DNA of 64,000 bases from Synechococcus sp. (GTDB lineage: Bacteria; Cyanobacteriota; Cyanobacteriia; PCC-6307; Cyanobiaceae): NCBI GenBank assembly GCA_047284725.1, contig JBJBEO010000001.1, positions 1,816,203-1,880,202 of the forward strand, given 5' to 3'. A model generated the notes under the pieces. It saw only the letters and a program-made list of their open reading frames with translations. It searched no databases and was not told the DNA's origin. Position numbers and translations under genes: made by a program. Shown in pieces: positions 36,287 to 47,756 of the stretch (its first letter is position 1; each line of letters opens with the position of its first letter).

Positions 36287-37307
36287 GGCAGGCCTTGCCC
36301 CTTCGAGGTGCCAGGACGGCCAACCAATTCATCTGCAACGGACTGAAATTGTCATCGCTGGCCAGCACCAGCGTGAATCGACCATCAGCCAGCTGGGGAC
36401 CAAGGGTCAGCGCTTCCCAGTTGTCGGCAGGCAGACCGGCCGTGTGAAGGTCCCATTGCATCAAAGGGCGATGCGCATCCCGCGTTGAAGGCGACAACGG
36501 GAAAGCCACCAACCAGGCTTGCCAACCAAACGGAAACGACACCTGCCTGACCAATGCAAGCAATCGTTGAGCGGCTGGCACAGCGAGCAGATCCGTAAGA
36601 CCGGCGTCTGCGCCCAGAGAGGCAAGACGCAACCATGCGTAAGGTTCAGCCTGGCCGCCGGGATGGCTTCTGGCCAAAGGGATCCCTCCGTGCATCCGCT
36701 CTTGCAACAAAGGGGCTTCCGCTGCCATCAGCAGATCTCCCGGCGCCAGTGTGGTCAAGGATTCCGGACCCAGATTCACCGCCAGACCACGTCCCCTCGT
36801 CGCAGCCCAACTGGCAGGAAGCGGCCGTCGCTGCATCAGGCGCCCCGTCGCAAGATCGAAACGGATCAGGCTGGCCTGCCGCCGCTGCGTCCGTCGCCCC
36901 TCGCTCACGATCCAGGCCTGATTGCCCTGGAGCACCAGCCCCTCGCCATCCAATCCAACGGGCAACGCATCGCCCTGGGCTGTGCGCAGCCGTAAACGGG
37001 GCCCGGGCGTCAGGGCTGAAGCCTCTCCCCGCAGCAACCGCGCCAGGCCGCCCCATGGCATCAAGTAACTCCGAGGTGAATCGCTCAGCAACCACAAGCG
37101 ATCCTGTTCGGGCTGATAACCCGCAGCAGAGAACCCTCCAACCGGTTGACCATCAAGGCCCTTGCGGGGGAGTTTCACCGTGCGCACAACGTCCCAGCCT
37201 GCCGAAAGCGGGCAAGGGAACACCTGGGGGGAAGGTGGTAGCGCAGCAGCGAGCATCAAACCCATCATGGTCCGACGTCCCGCCATGCCACACAGCTCTG
37301 CGCTCAA
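36216..37307 (-). CDS. esterase-like activity of phytase family protein
   Basis: GGFSA, LLSD, DGEGL, NLGPESLT, NWEALTLGP, LASDDNF. Confidence 0.85.
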   Translation of the reverse strand: MSAELCGMAGRRTMMGLMLAAALPPSPQVFPCPLSAGWDVVRTVKLPRKGLDGQPVGGFSAAGYQPEQDRLWLLSDSPRSYLMPWGGLARLLRGEASALTPGPRLRLRTAQGDALPVGLDGEGLVLQGNQAWIVSEGRRTQRRQASLIRFDLATGRLMQRRPLPASWAATRGRGLAVNLGPESLTTLAPGDLLMAAEAPLLQERMHGGIPLARSHPGGQAEPYAWLRLASLGADAGLTDLLAVPAAQRLLALVRQVSFPFGWQAWLVAFPLSPSTRDAHRPLMQWDLHTAGLPADNWEALTLGPQLADGRFTLVLASDDNFSPLQMNWLAVLAPRRGKACLSRRRLDPVQGLGRVPETRLSRG

Positions 37308-38233
37308 GCCTGATGGTGGGCCGAAACGCGCTGATCGAGCACCGAAGCACCAGCCGCCATCACATCAGCCAAGGTGACAACCAGGCGATAGCTGAGGGCA
37401 ATCGCCAGCAACGGCGCCTCCGCCACCACGCCATGAAGCCTGAGCAGCAAAACGGTTTCAAACACGCCAAGGCCACCCGGTGCCCCGGGGACCACCAGGC
37501 CCACCGTCCAGGCCAGGGCAAAGCCTGAGAGCCACACACCGAGTGGATGACCGTCGCCAAGCCCGAAACTCTGCACACAGCACCAGAAACCAGCAAAGCG
37601 GCAGAGCACAAACACCATTTCCATCGCCAACGGAGCCCAGGGATAGCCGCCGCGGCCACTGCCGAGCTGCGTTGGATCAAACGAGGCCAAGCTCTCGCCC
37701 TCGACCCGGTTGAGTTGCTTCCACTTCGCCTGCTCCAGGCGGGTCAGCAAGGGTTCACGCCAGCGCGGCATCAGCACCAGCAAAGGCAACACACACACCA
37801 AGGCCAGACCCGACTGCCAACCGCCCAACGGGACCCAGAGCAGTGCCGCCACCGCCATCACCAGAGGCTCCAGCAGCACGGAAACCAGGGCTTGATTGGC
37901 CCCGATGAACGGTTGAAGCGTGCGCAGGCGATCGACGAAATGCCAGATACCACCAGGCAGATACTTGAGCAGGTTGGTCCGTAGATAAAGCTGCACCAGG
38001 GCCAGGTCTGCAACGCCATGGCCGAGCCAATCCATCAGCACCCGCCAGGCCAGACCATTCACCACCAAGCTCAACCAACTGAGGTTCAATCCCAACAGCA
38101 ACCACCACCAGCCGCGGGCCGTGAGGGTGAGATCGCGCAAGCCCGTCACATGCCCAGCCAGAGCCCAGGCAATGAAGCCAAGACTGGCCAGGGTGACCCA
38201 GAGCCGCAATCCACCGGGGAGCTTGAACGTCAT
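37304..38233 (-). CDS. lysylphosphatidylglycerol synthase TM/flippase-like (UPF0104) protein
   Basis: TNLLKYLPGGIWH, PGAPGGLGVFE, YRLV; ATGA overlap with larC. Confidence 0.85.
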   Translation of the reverse strand: MTFKLPGGLRLWVTLASLGFIAWALAGHVTGLRDLTLTARGWWWLLLGLNLSWLSLVVNGLAWRVLMDWLGHGVADLALVQLYLRTNLLKYLPGGIWHFVDRLRTLQPFIGANQALVSVLLEPLVMAVAALLWVPLGGWQSGLALVCVLPLLVLMPRWREPLLTRLEQAKWKQLNRVEGESLASFDPTQLGSGRGGYPWAPLAMEMVFVLCRFAGFWCCVQSFGLGDGHPLGVWLSGFALAWTVGLVVPGAPGGLGVFETVLLLRLHGVVAEAPLLAIALSYRLVVTLADVMAAGASVLDQRVSAHHQA

Positions 38234-39450
38234 AACGACCAGTCGTCGAGAGGAGTGAAACGGTCCGCCTCGGCCAACACCACCTGCCGCACATGATCCA
38301 CCGAGACAGCGTCCTGAAGGCTGATTCGGCGCAGCTCGTCGTGTTCCACCTTGAGCGTGGTCTGACCACCGGGGCGGCGCACCTGTTTCACACGGATCTC
38401 GCCCCATGGAGAAGGACAGAGTCCAGAACGCCGCCACAGCAGCCAACGGCCCTGGCGGCGTTCACGCACCCCAAGGCTGGAGCTAGTCCGCAACCAGACC
38501 TGGCGCAGAGCCAAAGCGTGTTCGGGCAACAGCAAAGCCGTGAGGGCATGGCCCTGGCGTCCCTTCTGCATCACTGCAGGGGTCGTCGCCACCTCCAGGG
38601 CACCGGCCTGGCGCAGGCTCTCAGCCAGGTGAGCGATGTCTTCCGCAGACGCATCATCAATCCAGGCCTCCTGCACCACCAGGTCCTGCCATCCGATCAA
38701 GTCATCTCCTCGGGAGATCTCCTCCACCTGCAACAGCCGCAACAGGTTGGGACGATCAAGCTGACGATGACCCAGGCCGATGCCCACCGCGTCCACCACC
38801 AGATCCTGCGGTTCGGCAAAGGCGTCCGCCAGCACAGCCATCAAAGCCAGGCCTGTGGGGGTGGTGAGTTCTCCACCAGGGAGATGCGACCCGGAACGCA
38901 GGGGCACGCGATAGCGACGCGCCAGTTCCAACACCGCTGGAACGGGCACCGGCAGGCAGCCGTGAGCCGTGTCCACGGTTCCTCGACCCGCAGGAGGCGG
39001 CTGACACAGGAGACGCTCTGGGGCCAGATGGGTCACGGCGGCACAGACCCCCACCACATCCACAAGGCTGTCCAGGGCACCCACCTCATGAAAATGCACG
39101 TCGTCAGGGACGGTGCCATGCACGGCGGCCTCGGCTTCCGCCAATGCACTGAACACCGCCAGCACCTTCGTCTTCAGCAAGGGAACGATGGGTGCTGCAC
39201 GGATCCGCCCGCGCAGATCACGCCAGTGGCGATGGTGCTCACTAGGAATGGTGGGCTCCACATCCAGCTGAAGACCCCGCAGACCGCCGTTGGTGCTTTC
39301 CTCAACCACCAGGCGATAGGCGTCGCCCAGACCAAGGGCATCCAGCGGCTCGGTGATCACCTGGCGAGGAACGCCCAGATCCAGACTGGCGGCCAGCAAC
39401 ATGTCGCCTGCGAGCCCGGTCGGACAGTCGACCACCAGAGTTTGCATCAC
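38230..39450 (-). CDS. larC: nickel-pincer cofactor biosynthesis protein LarC
   Basis: DCPTGLAGDM, AEAAVHG..VHFHEVGALDSLVD, AHGCLPVPVPA, ELTTPTG, QKGR. Confidence 0.92.
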   Translation of the reverse strand: MMQTLVVDCPTGLAGDMLLAASLDLGVPRQVITEPLDALGLGDAYRLVVEESTNGGLRGLQLDVEPTIPSEHHRHWRDLRGRIRAAPIVPLLKTKVLAVFSALAEAEAAVHGTVPDDVHFHEVGALDSLVDVVGVCAAVTHLAPERLLCQPPPAGRGTVDTAHGCLPVPVPAVLELARRYRVPLRSGSHLPGGELTTPTGLALMAVLADAFAEPQDLVVDAVGIGLGHRQLDRPNLLRLLQVEEISRGDDLIGWQDLVVQEAWIDDASAEDIAHLAESLRQAGALEVATTPAVMQKGRQGHALTALLLPEHALALRQVWLRTSSSLGVRERRQGRWLLWRRSGLCPSPWGEIRVKQVRRPGGQTTLKVEHDELRRISLQDAVSVDHVRQVVLAEADRFTPLDDWSL

Positions 39451-40121
39451 ACCTCAGGCGGTTGAGACGACGGGGAGGACAGCAACTGGTCGGTGAGCTG
39501 CTCGAGCTGAGGCTGCTGCCGCCGCAGCCACTGGTCCACTTCGCGTCTGGCTCGCCGCTGCTCCCTCTGGGCCGTGTCCACGTCATGGCCCGAGAGGCCC
39601 CAGAGGCGACCGAGCAGAGCCCGGTCGTCGGCACCGCCTCGAGCGGCGCCGTACATCAGGGACTCGGCAGCGATGCCGGCCTGGAGAACACGGCTCCAGC
39701 GCCGCAGATCTTCAAGCGACATCCGCACGCTGGGAAGACGTTCGAACTCGGTGGCGCCATTGCTGCGCACCCCTGCCTGCAGGCAAGCCCTGGTGCCAAC
39801 GAGCACCCGTTGCACCTGGAGTTTGTTGTCTCGCGCCAGAAGGAGATGACCGGCCTCATGGCAAGCGATCCGACGCAGCCTGGCCTGCCCCCCTGGCAAG
39901 GATTCCGCCAGTAGGTGACCACCAAGCCCCTGCCATTGCGAAGCATCCACGGTGAGACCGACCAGCAGGCCGCCGACACCCACTGCGATCCACGCGGGTG
40001 AGATCCCCACCAGGGGACCAAAGACCGCAACGAGCGTGGCACCGGCAACAGCAGCGCCTGCGGTGATGCTGGCGACCGATCCTCTGGACTCGCCGCCGCT
40101 GCCGGAAGGGGACGACGGCAT
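39447..40121 (-). CDS. cyanobacterial M41-peptidase-like membrane protein
   Basis: RRIACHEAGHLL, AGIAAE, GGADD. Confidence 0.8.
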   Translation of the reverse strand: MPSSPSGSGGESRGSVASITAGAAVAGATLVAVFGPLVGISPAWIAVGVGGLLVGLTVDASQWQGLGGHLLAESLPGGQARLRRIACHEAGHLLLARDNKLQVQRVLVGTRACLQAGVRSNGATEFERLPSVRMSLEDLRRWSRVLQAGIAAESLMYGAARGGADDRALLGRLWGLSGHDVDTAQREQRRARREVDQWLRRQQPQLEQLTDQLLSSPSSQPPEV

Positions 40122-40762
40122 CAGGCCTGGGGCTGACGACTGCGACCCTTGCCACCACGGCCTTTCCCTGCACGGGTTGGCATTGGGGCGATCACGTCAT
40201 GGCGTTCCACCTGAAGGTCCTGGCCTTCACGCCGCACGTCAAGGCTGACGAAATGGCGCAGATGATCGATGGAGACCTCACCTCTGAGCTGAAGCTTGAA
40301 CGGCAGCGGACGGCTGCCATCTGGTCTGGGTTGCTGCCGAATCTTGATCACCAGCTCACCGCTTTCAGGGCGGGTGTAGATCAGCTCACCACGGATGGAG
40401 AAGTAATCATCACCTTCAGGCAGGGTGTCGTGCACCTCGGCGGCCGATGCCGTATCGGCTTCAGCATCGACCCGATCGAGGGTGCTCGGCTCCCAGACGC
40501 CTGCGATTTGCAGATGAAGAAGACCTCCCTCCCGGCTGCGGGGATACACCACCCAGAGATGGGGGTGGTCCATGGCCAGGTGACGGCGCATCAGCGTGAG
40601 CATGCGGCCCAAGACGACGGCCTCGAGCTCCTGGCCCTGGTCGTCAACCAGAACGCCTCGCGTGAGCTGGTCGTCGGACTCAGGCCGGTAGGTACCGCGG
40701 ACAATGCCGATGGCCCGGTATTGCAGCGGTTCGGTGACCGGGGGAATCGGATGGTCGCGCAT
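40121..40762 (-). CDS. conserved cyanobacterial hypothetical protein
   Basis: PIPPVTEPLQYRAIGIVRG, HLWVVYPR, GVWEPSTL, YFSIRGE. Confidence 0.85.
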   Translation of the reverse strand: MRDHPIPPVTEPLQYRAIGIVRGTYRPESDDQLTRGVLVDDQGQELEAVVLGRMLTLMRRHLAMDHPHLWVVYPRSREGGLLHLQIAGVWEPSTLDRVDAEADTASAAEVHDTLPEGDDYFSIRGELIYTRPESGELVIKIRQQPRPDGSRPLPFKLQLRGEVSIDHLRHFVSLDVRREGQDLQVERHDVIAPMPTRAGKGRGGKGRSRQPQA

Positions 40763-40858
40763 CAGTCAGTAAGGGCATGCAGTGGCCCTCACAAACTTTA
40801 GCCAGCACTGGCGATCCGCCTCAGACTGATCGGCGTTGGCATGGGCTGAGCAAACGCG

Positions 40859-41677
40859 GTGGCAGGAGAGAATCGCTGGTGGTTAGGAGGGGGTCTCGTC
40901 GTGGCCCTCGGGCTGGGCTGGCTGCTGAGTGCCGTGATTCATGACCACCAGGCCACGGCATCGCCCAGCCGCCTGGAAGTGGATCGTCAGGTGAAGGAAC
41001 TGTTGCAGAAACGAACTCAGCAGCCCCTCAGCCCTTCGGATGAGCGCCGCTTGATCGAACGCCTCTTGGCACTGGGGAGGCTGCCGGAAAGCATCGTGCT
41101 CGTGGAAGAACAGGTGAAGGCCCAGCCCAAGGTCTGGCGGTGGCGCCTCCTCCTCACCCAGCTGCATCTCCGTAACGGCAACAACAGAGCTGCTGACGCT
41201 CAGATCCAGCACCTGATGCGCCTGCATCCTCACCAGGTGGATGTGCTGCAAACGTTGTCCCAGCTTCGACTGGAGCAAGGGCGAGCCAAGGACGCCCTTG
41301 CCCTTGTTCAATCAGCCCTTGCGTCTGCGCCAGCCGATCAACGGATCGTGATCGGCCTACTGCTGGCTGATCTGCAACGCCAGAGCGGCCAAACAGCCGC
41401 TGCACTGAGCACCTACGGACAACTCGGCACCCAAGCGCCGAAGGACCCCAGACCCGTCATGGCCCAGGCCCTGCTCATGAAGGAGCAGGGAAAGGACAAG
41501 GAAGCAGAGCAGCTGCTCAGCATTGCCCGCCAACGCCAGGTCACGGCCAATGTGGACACACAGGCCATTGACAGCCTCGCGGCCAGCTGGGGGCTGCACA
41601 CCAGTCGAGAGGCAAAGGCTCAATCCGAACCAACGCCTACTGCCCCGGCTCCGTCGTCTGTGCGTCCCAACCCTTGA
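40859..41677 (+). CDS. TPR-repeat membrane-anchored protein
   Basis: N-terminal TM and helical TPR-like repeats (PKDPRPVMAQALL). Confidence 0.8.
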   Translation: MAGENRWWLGGGLVVALGLGWLLSAVIHDHQATASPSRLEVDRQVKELLQKRTQQPLSPSDERRLIERLLALGRLPESIVLVEEQVKAQPKVWRWRLLLTQLHLRNGNNRAADAQIQHLMRLHPHQVDVLQTLSQLRLEQGRAKDALALVQSALASAPADQRIVIGLLLADLQRQSGQTAAALSTYGQLGTQAPKDPRPVMAQALLMKEQGKDKEAEQLLSIARQRQVTANVDTQAIDSLAASWGLHTSREAKAQSEPTPTAPAPSSVRPNP

Positions 41678-41930
41678 GGGCCGCATCAATCGCATCCACA
41701 GGGTCGGTGGCATCGTCCATCGCGGTGGCCTGACGTAAACGGTTGATCAGGTCCATGGGATTGGTCGCATCCAGCACAGTCCCTTTGGGCTGACCTGGGC
41801 TGGTGTTGTAAAGCTCCTGCTCCGCGGGCGTCTGATAGCCAGACATCGTGCTCTGCGCCTGGGCGATCCCTGAGCCAGACACCACCAAGACAGCCACTGC
41901 AAGTGCGGTGCGGCGATAAAGCAACTGCAT
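41637..41930 (-). CDS. secreted hypothetical protein
   Basis: Signal peptide; LDATNPMDLINRLRQATAMDDAT. Confidence 0.75.
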   Translation of the reverse strand: MQLLYRRTALAVAVLVVSGSGIAQAQSTMSGYQTPAEQELYNTSPGQPKGTVLDATNPMDLINRLRQATAMDDATDPVDAIDAALKGWDAQTTEPGQ

Positions 41931-41987
41931 CAGACGACTGCCTAGGGAGGGCCAATGCTAAGGGTCTCCAGCAGTGGCAGAAAGTCT

Positions 41988-42836
41988 GTGCTGATCGTCA
42001 GTTGGAACGTCAACTCCGTGCGCACCCGGCTCGAGCATGTGCTGGCCTGGCTGAAGAACGTCCAACCGGATCTGCTCTGCCTGCAGGAGACCAAGGTGGA
42101 TGACCCGCTGTTCCCGGCAGCAGCCTTTGAAGCGATCGGCTACCGGGTGCACGTCCACGGTCAGAAGGCTTACAACGGCGTGGCCCTCGTGAGCCGTGAA
42201 CCGCTCGAGGATGTACGCATGGGATTCAGCGGCGAACTCCCAGGCGATGCAGAGGCCATCGAGCTCGGCGAACAGAAACGGGTGATCAGTGGCGTGCTTC
42301 AGGGGGTGCGCGTCGTGAATCTCTACGTTCCAAACGGCTCCAGCTTGAGCTCAGACAAATACACCTACAAATTGCGCTGGCTGGACTGCCTCAGGCGCTA
42401 TCTGGAGGCAGCCCGGGAACGGGATGAACCGTTGTGTGTGGTCGGAGATTTCAACATCGGCCTGGAAGCCCGCGACATCCACGATCCGGAGCGGCTGACC
42501 GGCGGGATCATGGCCACAGAAGCCGAGCGCAGCGCTCTTCGGCTCGCCCTCGGAGATGACATGGACGACGTCTTCCGCGTCTTCGAGCCCGATGCAGGCC
42601 ACTGGAGCTGGTGGGACTACCGCAGTGGGGCCTGGAACCGCGACAGCGGCTGGCGCATCGATCACATCTATCTCTCTGACGAGCTCCTGGGCTCAGCCCG
42701 CAGCTGCGTGATTGACAAGCAGGAGCGGGGCCGGGAGCAACCCAGCGACCATGCTCCCGTGGTGGTCGACCTCTGCTGGCCACCCGACGATGACGATGAC
42801 GGCTGGCGTGATCAATCCTGGGGCGACGAGGATTGA
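41988..42836 (+). CDS. xth: exodeoxyribonuclease III
   Basis: SWNVNS, LQETK, YNGVA, YVPNG, GDFN, WWDYR, RIDH, SDHAPV. Confidence 0.96.
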   Translation: MLIVSWNVNSVRTRLEHVLAWLKNVQPDLLCLQETKVDDPLFPAAAFEAIGYRVHVHGQKAYNGVALVSREPLEDVRMGFSGELPGDAEAIELGEQKRVISGVLQGVRVVNLYVPNGSSLSSDKYTYKLRWLDCLRRYLEAARERDEPLCVVGDFNIGLEARDIHDPERLTGGIMATEAERSALRLALGDDMDDVFRVFEPDAGHWSWWDYRSGAWNRDSGWRIDHIYLSDELLGSARSCVIDKQERGREQPSDHAPVVVDLCWPPDDDDDGWRDQSWGDED

Positions 42837-42858
42837 TGCAACGCCTCAGGCCATCACG

Positions 42859-44316
42859 TCAGTACGCAATCACAGAAGGATCAGACTGGAGGGTGACGGC
42901 ACGCCTTGACGATTCCCCACAGCTTTTAGGCGTGGGGAAGATCTTGCCGGGATTGGCAACGCCATCCGGATCAAACGCCAAACGCAGGCGTCGCATCGTG
43001 GCCAGGTCCTCCGGGGCGAACATCCAATCGAGGTAGCAGCGTTTGTCGGAACCGACGCCGTGTTCCCCCGTGATGCTGCCTCCCACCGCCAGGCATTCCC
43101 GCAGGATCGCAGCGCCGAGATCCTTCACCCGCTGGTCAACGTCAGGATCATCACGTCGATACAGGATGAGCGGATGGAGATTGCCGTCACCGGCATGAAA
43201 CACATTGGCCACCGGCAATCCAAACTCCCCGCTCAGCCTCTCGATGGCCGCCAACACCCTGGGCAGGCTGCTCCGGGGCACCACGCCGTCTTGCACGTAA
43301 TACGTGGGTGAAATCTGGCCTACAGCGGCAAACGCTGATTTGCGTCCCTTCCAGAGCATCGCGCGATCGGCGGCGTCATCAGCGCGGCGTACCCCCCGCG
43401 CTCCGGCATCTCGGCACAATTGAGCAGCACGGTCGGCGGCGACGGCCACCTCCGCTGCCTGACCATCCAGTTCCACCAGCAGAACAGCAGCCGCATCCCT
43501 GGGGTACTCGTCATGGCCGAACAGGTCATTGACGGCATTGATCATGAAGTTGTCCATGATCTCCATCCCCGCGGGCAGCACCCCTGCCGCTGTCACCAGG
43601 CGCACCGCCTCCCCGGCCGACTCCATGGTGGGGAAATCAGCAAGAAGCACACTCACCGTTTCCGGCGCCCGCAACAAGCGAAGCGTGATTGCTGTGGCCA
43701 CACCGAGGGTGCCCTCGCTGCCAATGAACGCTCCGCGCAGATCCAGGGCAGCGCACTCGGCCAGATCAGCCCCAAGGCTCGTCACCGTGCCATCAGGCAG
43801 CACCACCTCCATCCCGAGAACGTGATTGCTCGTGACCCCGTATTTGAGGCAATGCACGCCGCCCGAATTCTCAGCGACGTTGCCACCGATGCTGCACACC
43901 ACCTGGCTGGAAGGATCAGGGGCGTAATAGAAGCCATCCCCTGCAACAGCGCGGGTGACCCAGCTGTTGATCACCCCGGGCTGGACAGTGACGGTCTGAT
44001 TCGGGAGGTCGATGGCCAGGATCTGGCGCATGCGACTGGTGATCAACAGCAGCGCCTCCTGCTCCGTCACGGCACCACCTGAGAGTCCCGTCCCACTGCC
44101 ACGCGCCACAAACGGCACTCCGTGATCACGACAACATTGCAGGGTGATTGCCACCTCCTCGGTCGTCCGCGGCAAGACCGCCAGGGGTGGTTCGTGACGG
44201 TCAATCGTCAAACCATCACAGTCGTAGGTAAGCAGTTCCTGCCGCTTTCGCACCAGGGCGTCAGACGGGAGCAACCGGCTGAGATCTCTGTCCAGGGCTG
44301 CCCAGTCGTGGATCAA
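42859..44316 (-). CDS. glcD: glycolate oxidase FAD-linked subunit
   Basis: [60 protein letters not shown]. Confidence 0.93.
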   Translation of the reverse strand: MIHDWAALDRDLSRLLPSDALVRKRQELLTYDCDGLTIDRHEPPLAVLPRTTEEVAITLQCCRDHGVPFVARGSGTGLSGGAVTEQEALLLITSRMRQILAIDLPNQTVTVQPGVINSWVTRAVAGDGFYYAPDPSSQVVCSIGGNVAENSGGVHCLKYGVTSNHVLGMEVVLPDGTVTSLGADLAECAALDLRGAFIGSEGTLGVATAITLRLLRAPETVSVLLADFPTMESAGEAVRLVTAAGVLPAGMEIMDNFMINAVNDLFGHDEYPRDAAAVLLVELDGQAAEVAVAADRAAQLCRDAGARGVRRADDAADRAMLWKGRKSAFAAVGQISPTYYVQDGVVPRSSLPRVLAAIERLSGEFGLPVANVFHAGDGNLHPLILYRRDDPDVDQRVKDLGAAILRECLAVGGSITGEHGVGSDKRCYLDWMFAPEDLATMRRLRLAFDPDGVANPGKIFPTPKSCGESSRRAVTLQSDPSVIAY

Positions 44317-44453
44317 GGACCGTCCGTTCGGAAGCCTCAACTCTGGCAGAAGCGACCGCGAACCAGTGGGGCTTCGGTCACAGTTCAGTCGCAGGTGACC
44401 GTTTTGGGTCAGGATGTCGGACGGTTTGCATCTGCCCCTTGGCATCCGTCCCC

Positions 44454-45755
44454 GTGACAGCTCCCACCCTGAACACCAGCCATTCCCAGGCCATTTTCAG
44501 TGCGGCCCAGAGCCTGATGCCCGGCGGGGTGAGCTCCCCGGTGAGGGCTTTCAAGTCGGTGGGCGGTCAGCCGATCGTCTTTGACAGGGTCAAAGGTCCC
44601 TATGCCTGGGACGTTGATGGCAACAAATACATCGACTACATCGGCAGCTGGGGACCGGCCATCTGCGGCCATGCCCATCCTGAGGTGATCAGCGCTCTCC
44701 AGGAAGCGATCGAGAAGGGAACCAGCTTCGGTGCACCGTGCGCTCTCGAGAACACCCTCGCGGAGATGGTGATCGAGGCCGTTCCCAGCGTGGAAATGGT
44801 GCGCTTTGTGAACAGCGGCACCGAGGCCTGCATGGCTGTTCTGCGCTTGATCCGTGCCTACACAGGCCGTGACAAGGTGATCAAGTTCGAAGGCTGCTAC
44901 CACGGACATGCCGACATGTTCCTGGTCAAGGCCGGCTCCGGAGTCGCCACTCTGGGCCTTCCTGATTCCCCCGGTGTGCCGCGAAGCACCACCGCCAACA
45001 CGCTCACAGCCCCCTACAACGACCTTGAAGCCGTCAAACAGCTGTTTGCAGAGAATCCGGACGCCATCGCCGGGGTGATTCTTGAACCGATCGTTGGCAA
45101 CGCCGGCTTCATCACTCCGGAGCCTGGATTCCTTGAGGGATTGCGCGAAATCACCAAGGAGCATGGCGCTCTACTCGTCTTCGATGAAGTGATGACCGGC
45201 TTCCGCATCAGCTACGGAGGAGCCCAAGCCCATTTCGGAGTCACCCCTGACCTCACCACGATGGGCAAGGTCATCGGAGGCGGCCTGCCTGTGGGCGCCT
45301 ATGGCGGCCGCAGAGAAATCATGGAGATGGTGGCCCCTGCAGGTCCGATGTACCAGGCAGGCACCCTGAGCGGCAATCCCCTGGCGATGACCGCAGGCAT
45401 CAAGACCCTCGAACTGCTCAAACAACCAGGCAGCTACGAGAAACTCACGGCAACGACCGAAACGCTGATCTCGGGCATCAGAGAAGCTGCCAAGGCCGCT
45501 GGCCTTCCATTCACCGGCGGCAGTGTCAGTGCGATGTTCGGCTTCTTCCTCTGCGAAGGCCCAGTCCGCAACTTCGAGGAAGCCAAGCAAACGGATTCAG
45601 AGCGGTTCGGAAAACTGCATCGGGCGATGCTTGAACGTGGGGTTTACCTGGCTCCGAGCGCCTTTGAAGCCGGTTTCACCTCCTTGGCACATTCCGACGC
45701 AGACATCGAGGCGACATTGCAGGCATTCCGCGAAAGCTTCGCGGAAATCGCCTGA
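44454..45755 (+). CDS. hemL: glutamate-1-semialdehyde 2,1-aminomutase
   Basis: [50 protein letters not shown]. Confidence 0.98.
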   Translation: MTAPTLNTSHSQAIFSAAQSLMPGGVSSPVRAFKSVGGQPIVFDRVKGPYAWDVDGNKYIDYIGSWGPAICGHAHPEVISALQEAIEKGTSFGAPCALENTLAEMVIEAVPSVEMVRFVNSGTEACMAVLRLIRAYTGRDKVIKFEGCYHGHADMFLVKAGSGVATLGLPDSPGVPRSTTANTLTAPYNDLEAVKQLFAENPDAIAGVILEPIVGNAGFITPEPGFLEGLREITKEHGALLVFDEVMTGFRISYGGAQAHFGVTPDLTTMGKVIGGGLPVGAYGGRREIMEMVAPAGPMYQAGTLSGNPLAMTAGIKTLELLKQPGSYEKLTATTETLISGIREAAKAAGLPFTGGSVSAMFGFFLCEGPVRNFEEAKQTDSERFGKLHRAMLERGVYLAPSAFEAGFTSLAHSDADIEATLQAFRESFAEIA

Positions 45756-45779
45756 CCCCACCCTTCAGGTTCCCTCTTC

Positions 45780-45810
45780 AAGCCCCGCTGCCGAGGCAGC
45801 GGGGCTTTTT
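45780..45810 (+). terminator. intrinsic terminator after hemL
   Basis: AAGCCCCGCTGCC-GA-GGCAGCGGGGCTTTTT. Confidence 0.85.
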
Positions 45811-46146
45811 GCTGGCGAAAATCCTACGAATCAACAGCGTTCGCATGCGCTGCCAAAGGGCAGACGCATTGAGGCCGCGACAAAACACTGACGACTCGAA
45901 TCCAACTGAAGCAGGCACGGAAGAGAACCGTGATTTCAATCGGATCCAGAGACGTTCAACGATGTTTCCTATGAAAGAACTGAATCTGACCAATACGCTG
46001 AGTGCAACCTTAACGATCTGCTATCAGTCTTCTATCAACAACTGTGCACCAATTCAATGTAGCGGCGAGCCAAACCGACCACAACGCAGTCAGCAAAAAC
46101 TGTTCAGCGCAGTCCCTGCTCACACGAACCCATCAAAAATCATTCT

Positions 46147-46335
46147 TCAGGATGACTTTTTCTTGCCATCCAGAAGATCAATCAACGCCTGCAGCTTCTC
46201 AATCGCTTCTCTCACCGCAACAGCTTCGGGCATGGTGCCCTCGTCCATCACCGCAAGGTGCATGTCTTTACACATATTGCGCAGCTGCTGAATTCTTTGC
46301 TTGACATCTGCCTTTTTTTCAGCTGCTGTTGCCAT
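46147..46335 (-). CDS. small helical hypothetical protein
   Basis: 62-aa helical-hairpin ORF. Confidence 0.55.
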   Translation of the reverse strand: MATAAEKKADVKQRIQQLRNMCKDMHLAVMDEGTMPEAVAVREAIEKLQALIDLLDGKKKSS

Positions 46336-46432
46336 TGAAATCCAGTCAATTTCAGCAGCCTACCATTCGCTACAGCATCAACATGCTGCCCCCAAGCATG
46401 GGAAGCAACAGACCTCTGGAGGCCTCACCGAC

Positions 46433-46693
46433 ATGCCATCCGACGTTCCAGCCCAAGAACAAACGAGGAAATGGTTCCGCAGCCACCTCCTCAACCGTGA
46501 AATCGAATTGCAGGAGCTGTACGAGCTCGGGGGCGATGAGCTGGATTTGATCATGGCTGAAACAGCTGAGATCCGATCCGATCCCGACAACAAAGCGCGT
46601 AGCCACGGTCGTTGGTGCACAGCGGGTTATGTGCTGGAGCTGGCGCGCATCATCGACAGACGGCGAAGTGACGATTGCGACCCGCACCTGTGA
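46433..46693 (+). CDS. small picocyanobacterial hypothetical protein
   Basis: RKWFRSHLLNREIELQELYEL..MAETAEIRSD..GRWCTAGYVLELARIID. Confidence 0.75.
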   Translation: MPSDVPAQEQTRKWFRSHLLNREIELQELYELGGDELDLIMAETAEIRSDPDNKARSHGRWCTAGYVLELARIIDRRRSDDCDPHL

Positions 46694-47121
46694 TGCCTCC
46701 ACTCGCTGACCAGCTGCTCGCCATGGGGATGCGAGAGCTCGAGATCGGTCATGTCTTGGCACGTCTGATCGATGAGCACTACGAACTCGACACCACCCAC
46801 TTCCTTGCCGAGGTAGAGGCCCCCAACCGCATTAAAGCGATTGAAACATTTCTCTGGGCCCATCTTCAGCCCCGTTTTCAGGGCCAGTCTTTCGCCCTAG
46901 ACCCCGCCTTCCTCCGAAGCCACGTCGACTGGGGCGGCGCCTGGCGTCAACTCCGCCAGCAACACGGCATGAGTTGCATTCAGATGCCCAAGGAATCACA
47001 GCAAGCGATGGTGCATTTCCTGTTCGTTGCAGGTCCTAATCCTCTCTGTCGAGGTGATCTGAACCTGCGTCAAACCCAGGGCGATCCCCAGCTCGGCAAC
47101 CAGTTCATCTGGACGCCATGA
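46693..47121 (+). CDS. hypothetical protein
   Basis: TGATG coupling with the previous gene; 142 aa. Confidence 0.65.
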   Translation: MPPLADQLLAMGMRELEIGHVLARLIDEHYELDTTHFLAEVEAPNRIKAIETFLWAHLQPRFQGQSFALDPAFLRSHVDWGGAWRQLRQQHGMSCIQMPKESQQAMVHFLFVAGPNPLCRGDLNLRQTQGDPQLGNQFIWTP

Positions 47122-47141
47122 CGGCTGATCATGGCCGCTGA

Positions 47142-47639
47142 TCAGCGGTAGTTCTCGAACTGAAGGGGCACCTCAAGGTCCTCCTCCTTGGTTTTCAGCA
47201 GCTGAATGGCCTGCTGGAGATCATCCTTGCTTTTGCCAGTGACGCGCAGACTCTCGCCCTGAATGGCCACTGTCACTTTCTTGAGCTCATCCCTCACCAT
47301 CTTGCTGAGCTTCTTGGCATTGTCCTGACTGAGCCCTTTGCGCAGTTTCACGACCTGTTTGACCCGGTTCCCACCCACGGTTTCAGGGGTCTGAAAATCG
47401 AAAATCTTCAACGACAGATTGCGCTTGGTCGCCTTGGCGCGCAACACATCCTCGACTGCTTGAAGCGTCATGTCGCTGGCCGTGGTGATCACAACCTCGG
47501 TTTCCTCCAGCTCAATCTCCGTGCCGGAATCCTTGAGGTCGTAACGGTTGCCCACATCGCGACGCACCTGGTCAAGGGTATTCACCAGCTCCTGACGGTC
47601 GAAATCGGAGACCACATCAAAGGAGTAGGTGCTGGCCAT
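47142..47639 (-). CDS. yajQ: YajQ family nucleotide/c-di-GMP-binding protein
   Basis: SFDVVSDFDRQE, RYDLKD, IQGESLRVTGKSKDDLQ, LQFENYR. Confidence 0.95.
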   Translation of the reverse strand: MASTYSFDVVSDFDRQELVNTLDQVRRDVGNRYDLKDSGTEIELEETEVVITTASDMTLQAVEDVLRAKATKRNLSLKIFDFQTPETVGGNRVKQVVKLRKGLSQDNAKKLSKMVRDELKKVTVAIQGESLRVTGKSKDDLQQAIQLLKTKEEDLEVPLQFENYR

Positions 47640-47756
47640 GACCCTCATTCAGTCGTTTGAGACCACCCTATCGGTGGTGCGGGCGCAGGAGGCCCACAAA
47701 GGAGGCTCACAAGAGAAGACCTGCCTCCCTTGAATAGGGAGATCCCTCAAGGTTCG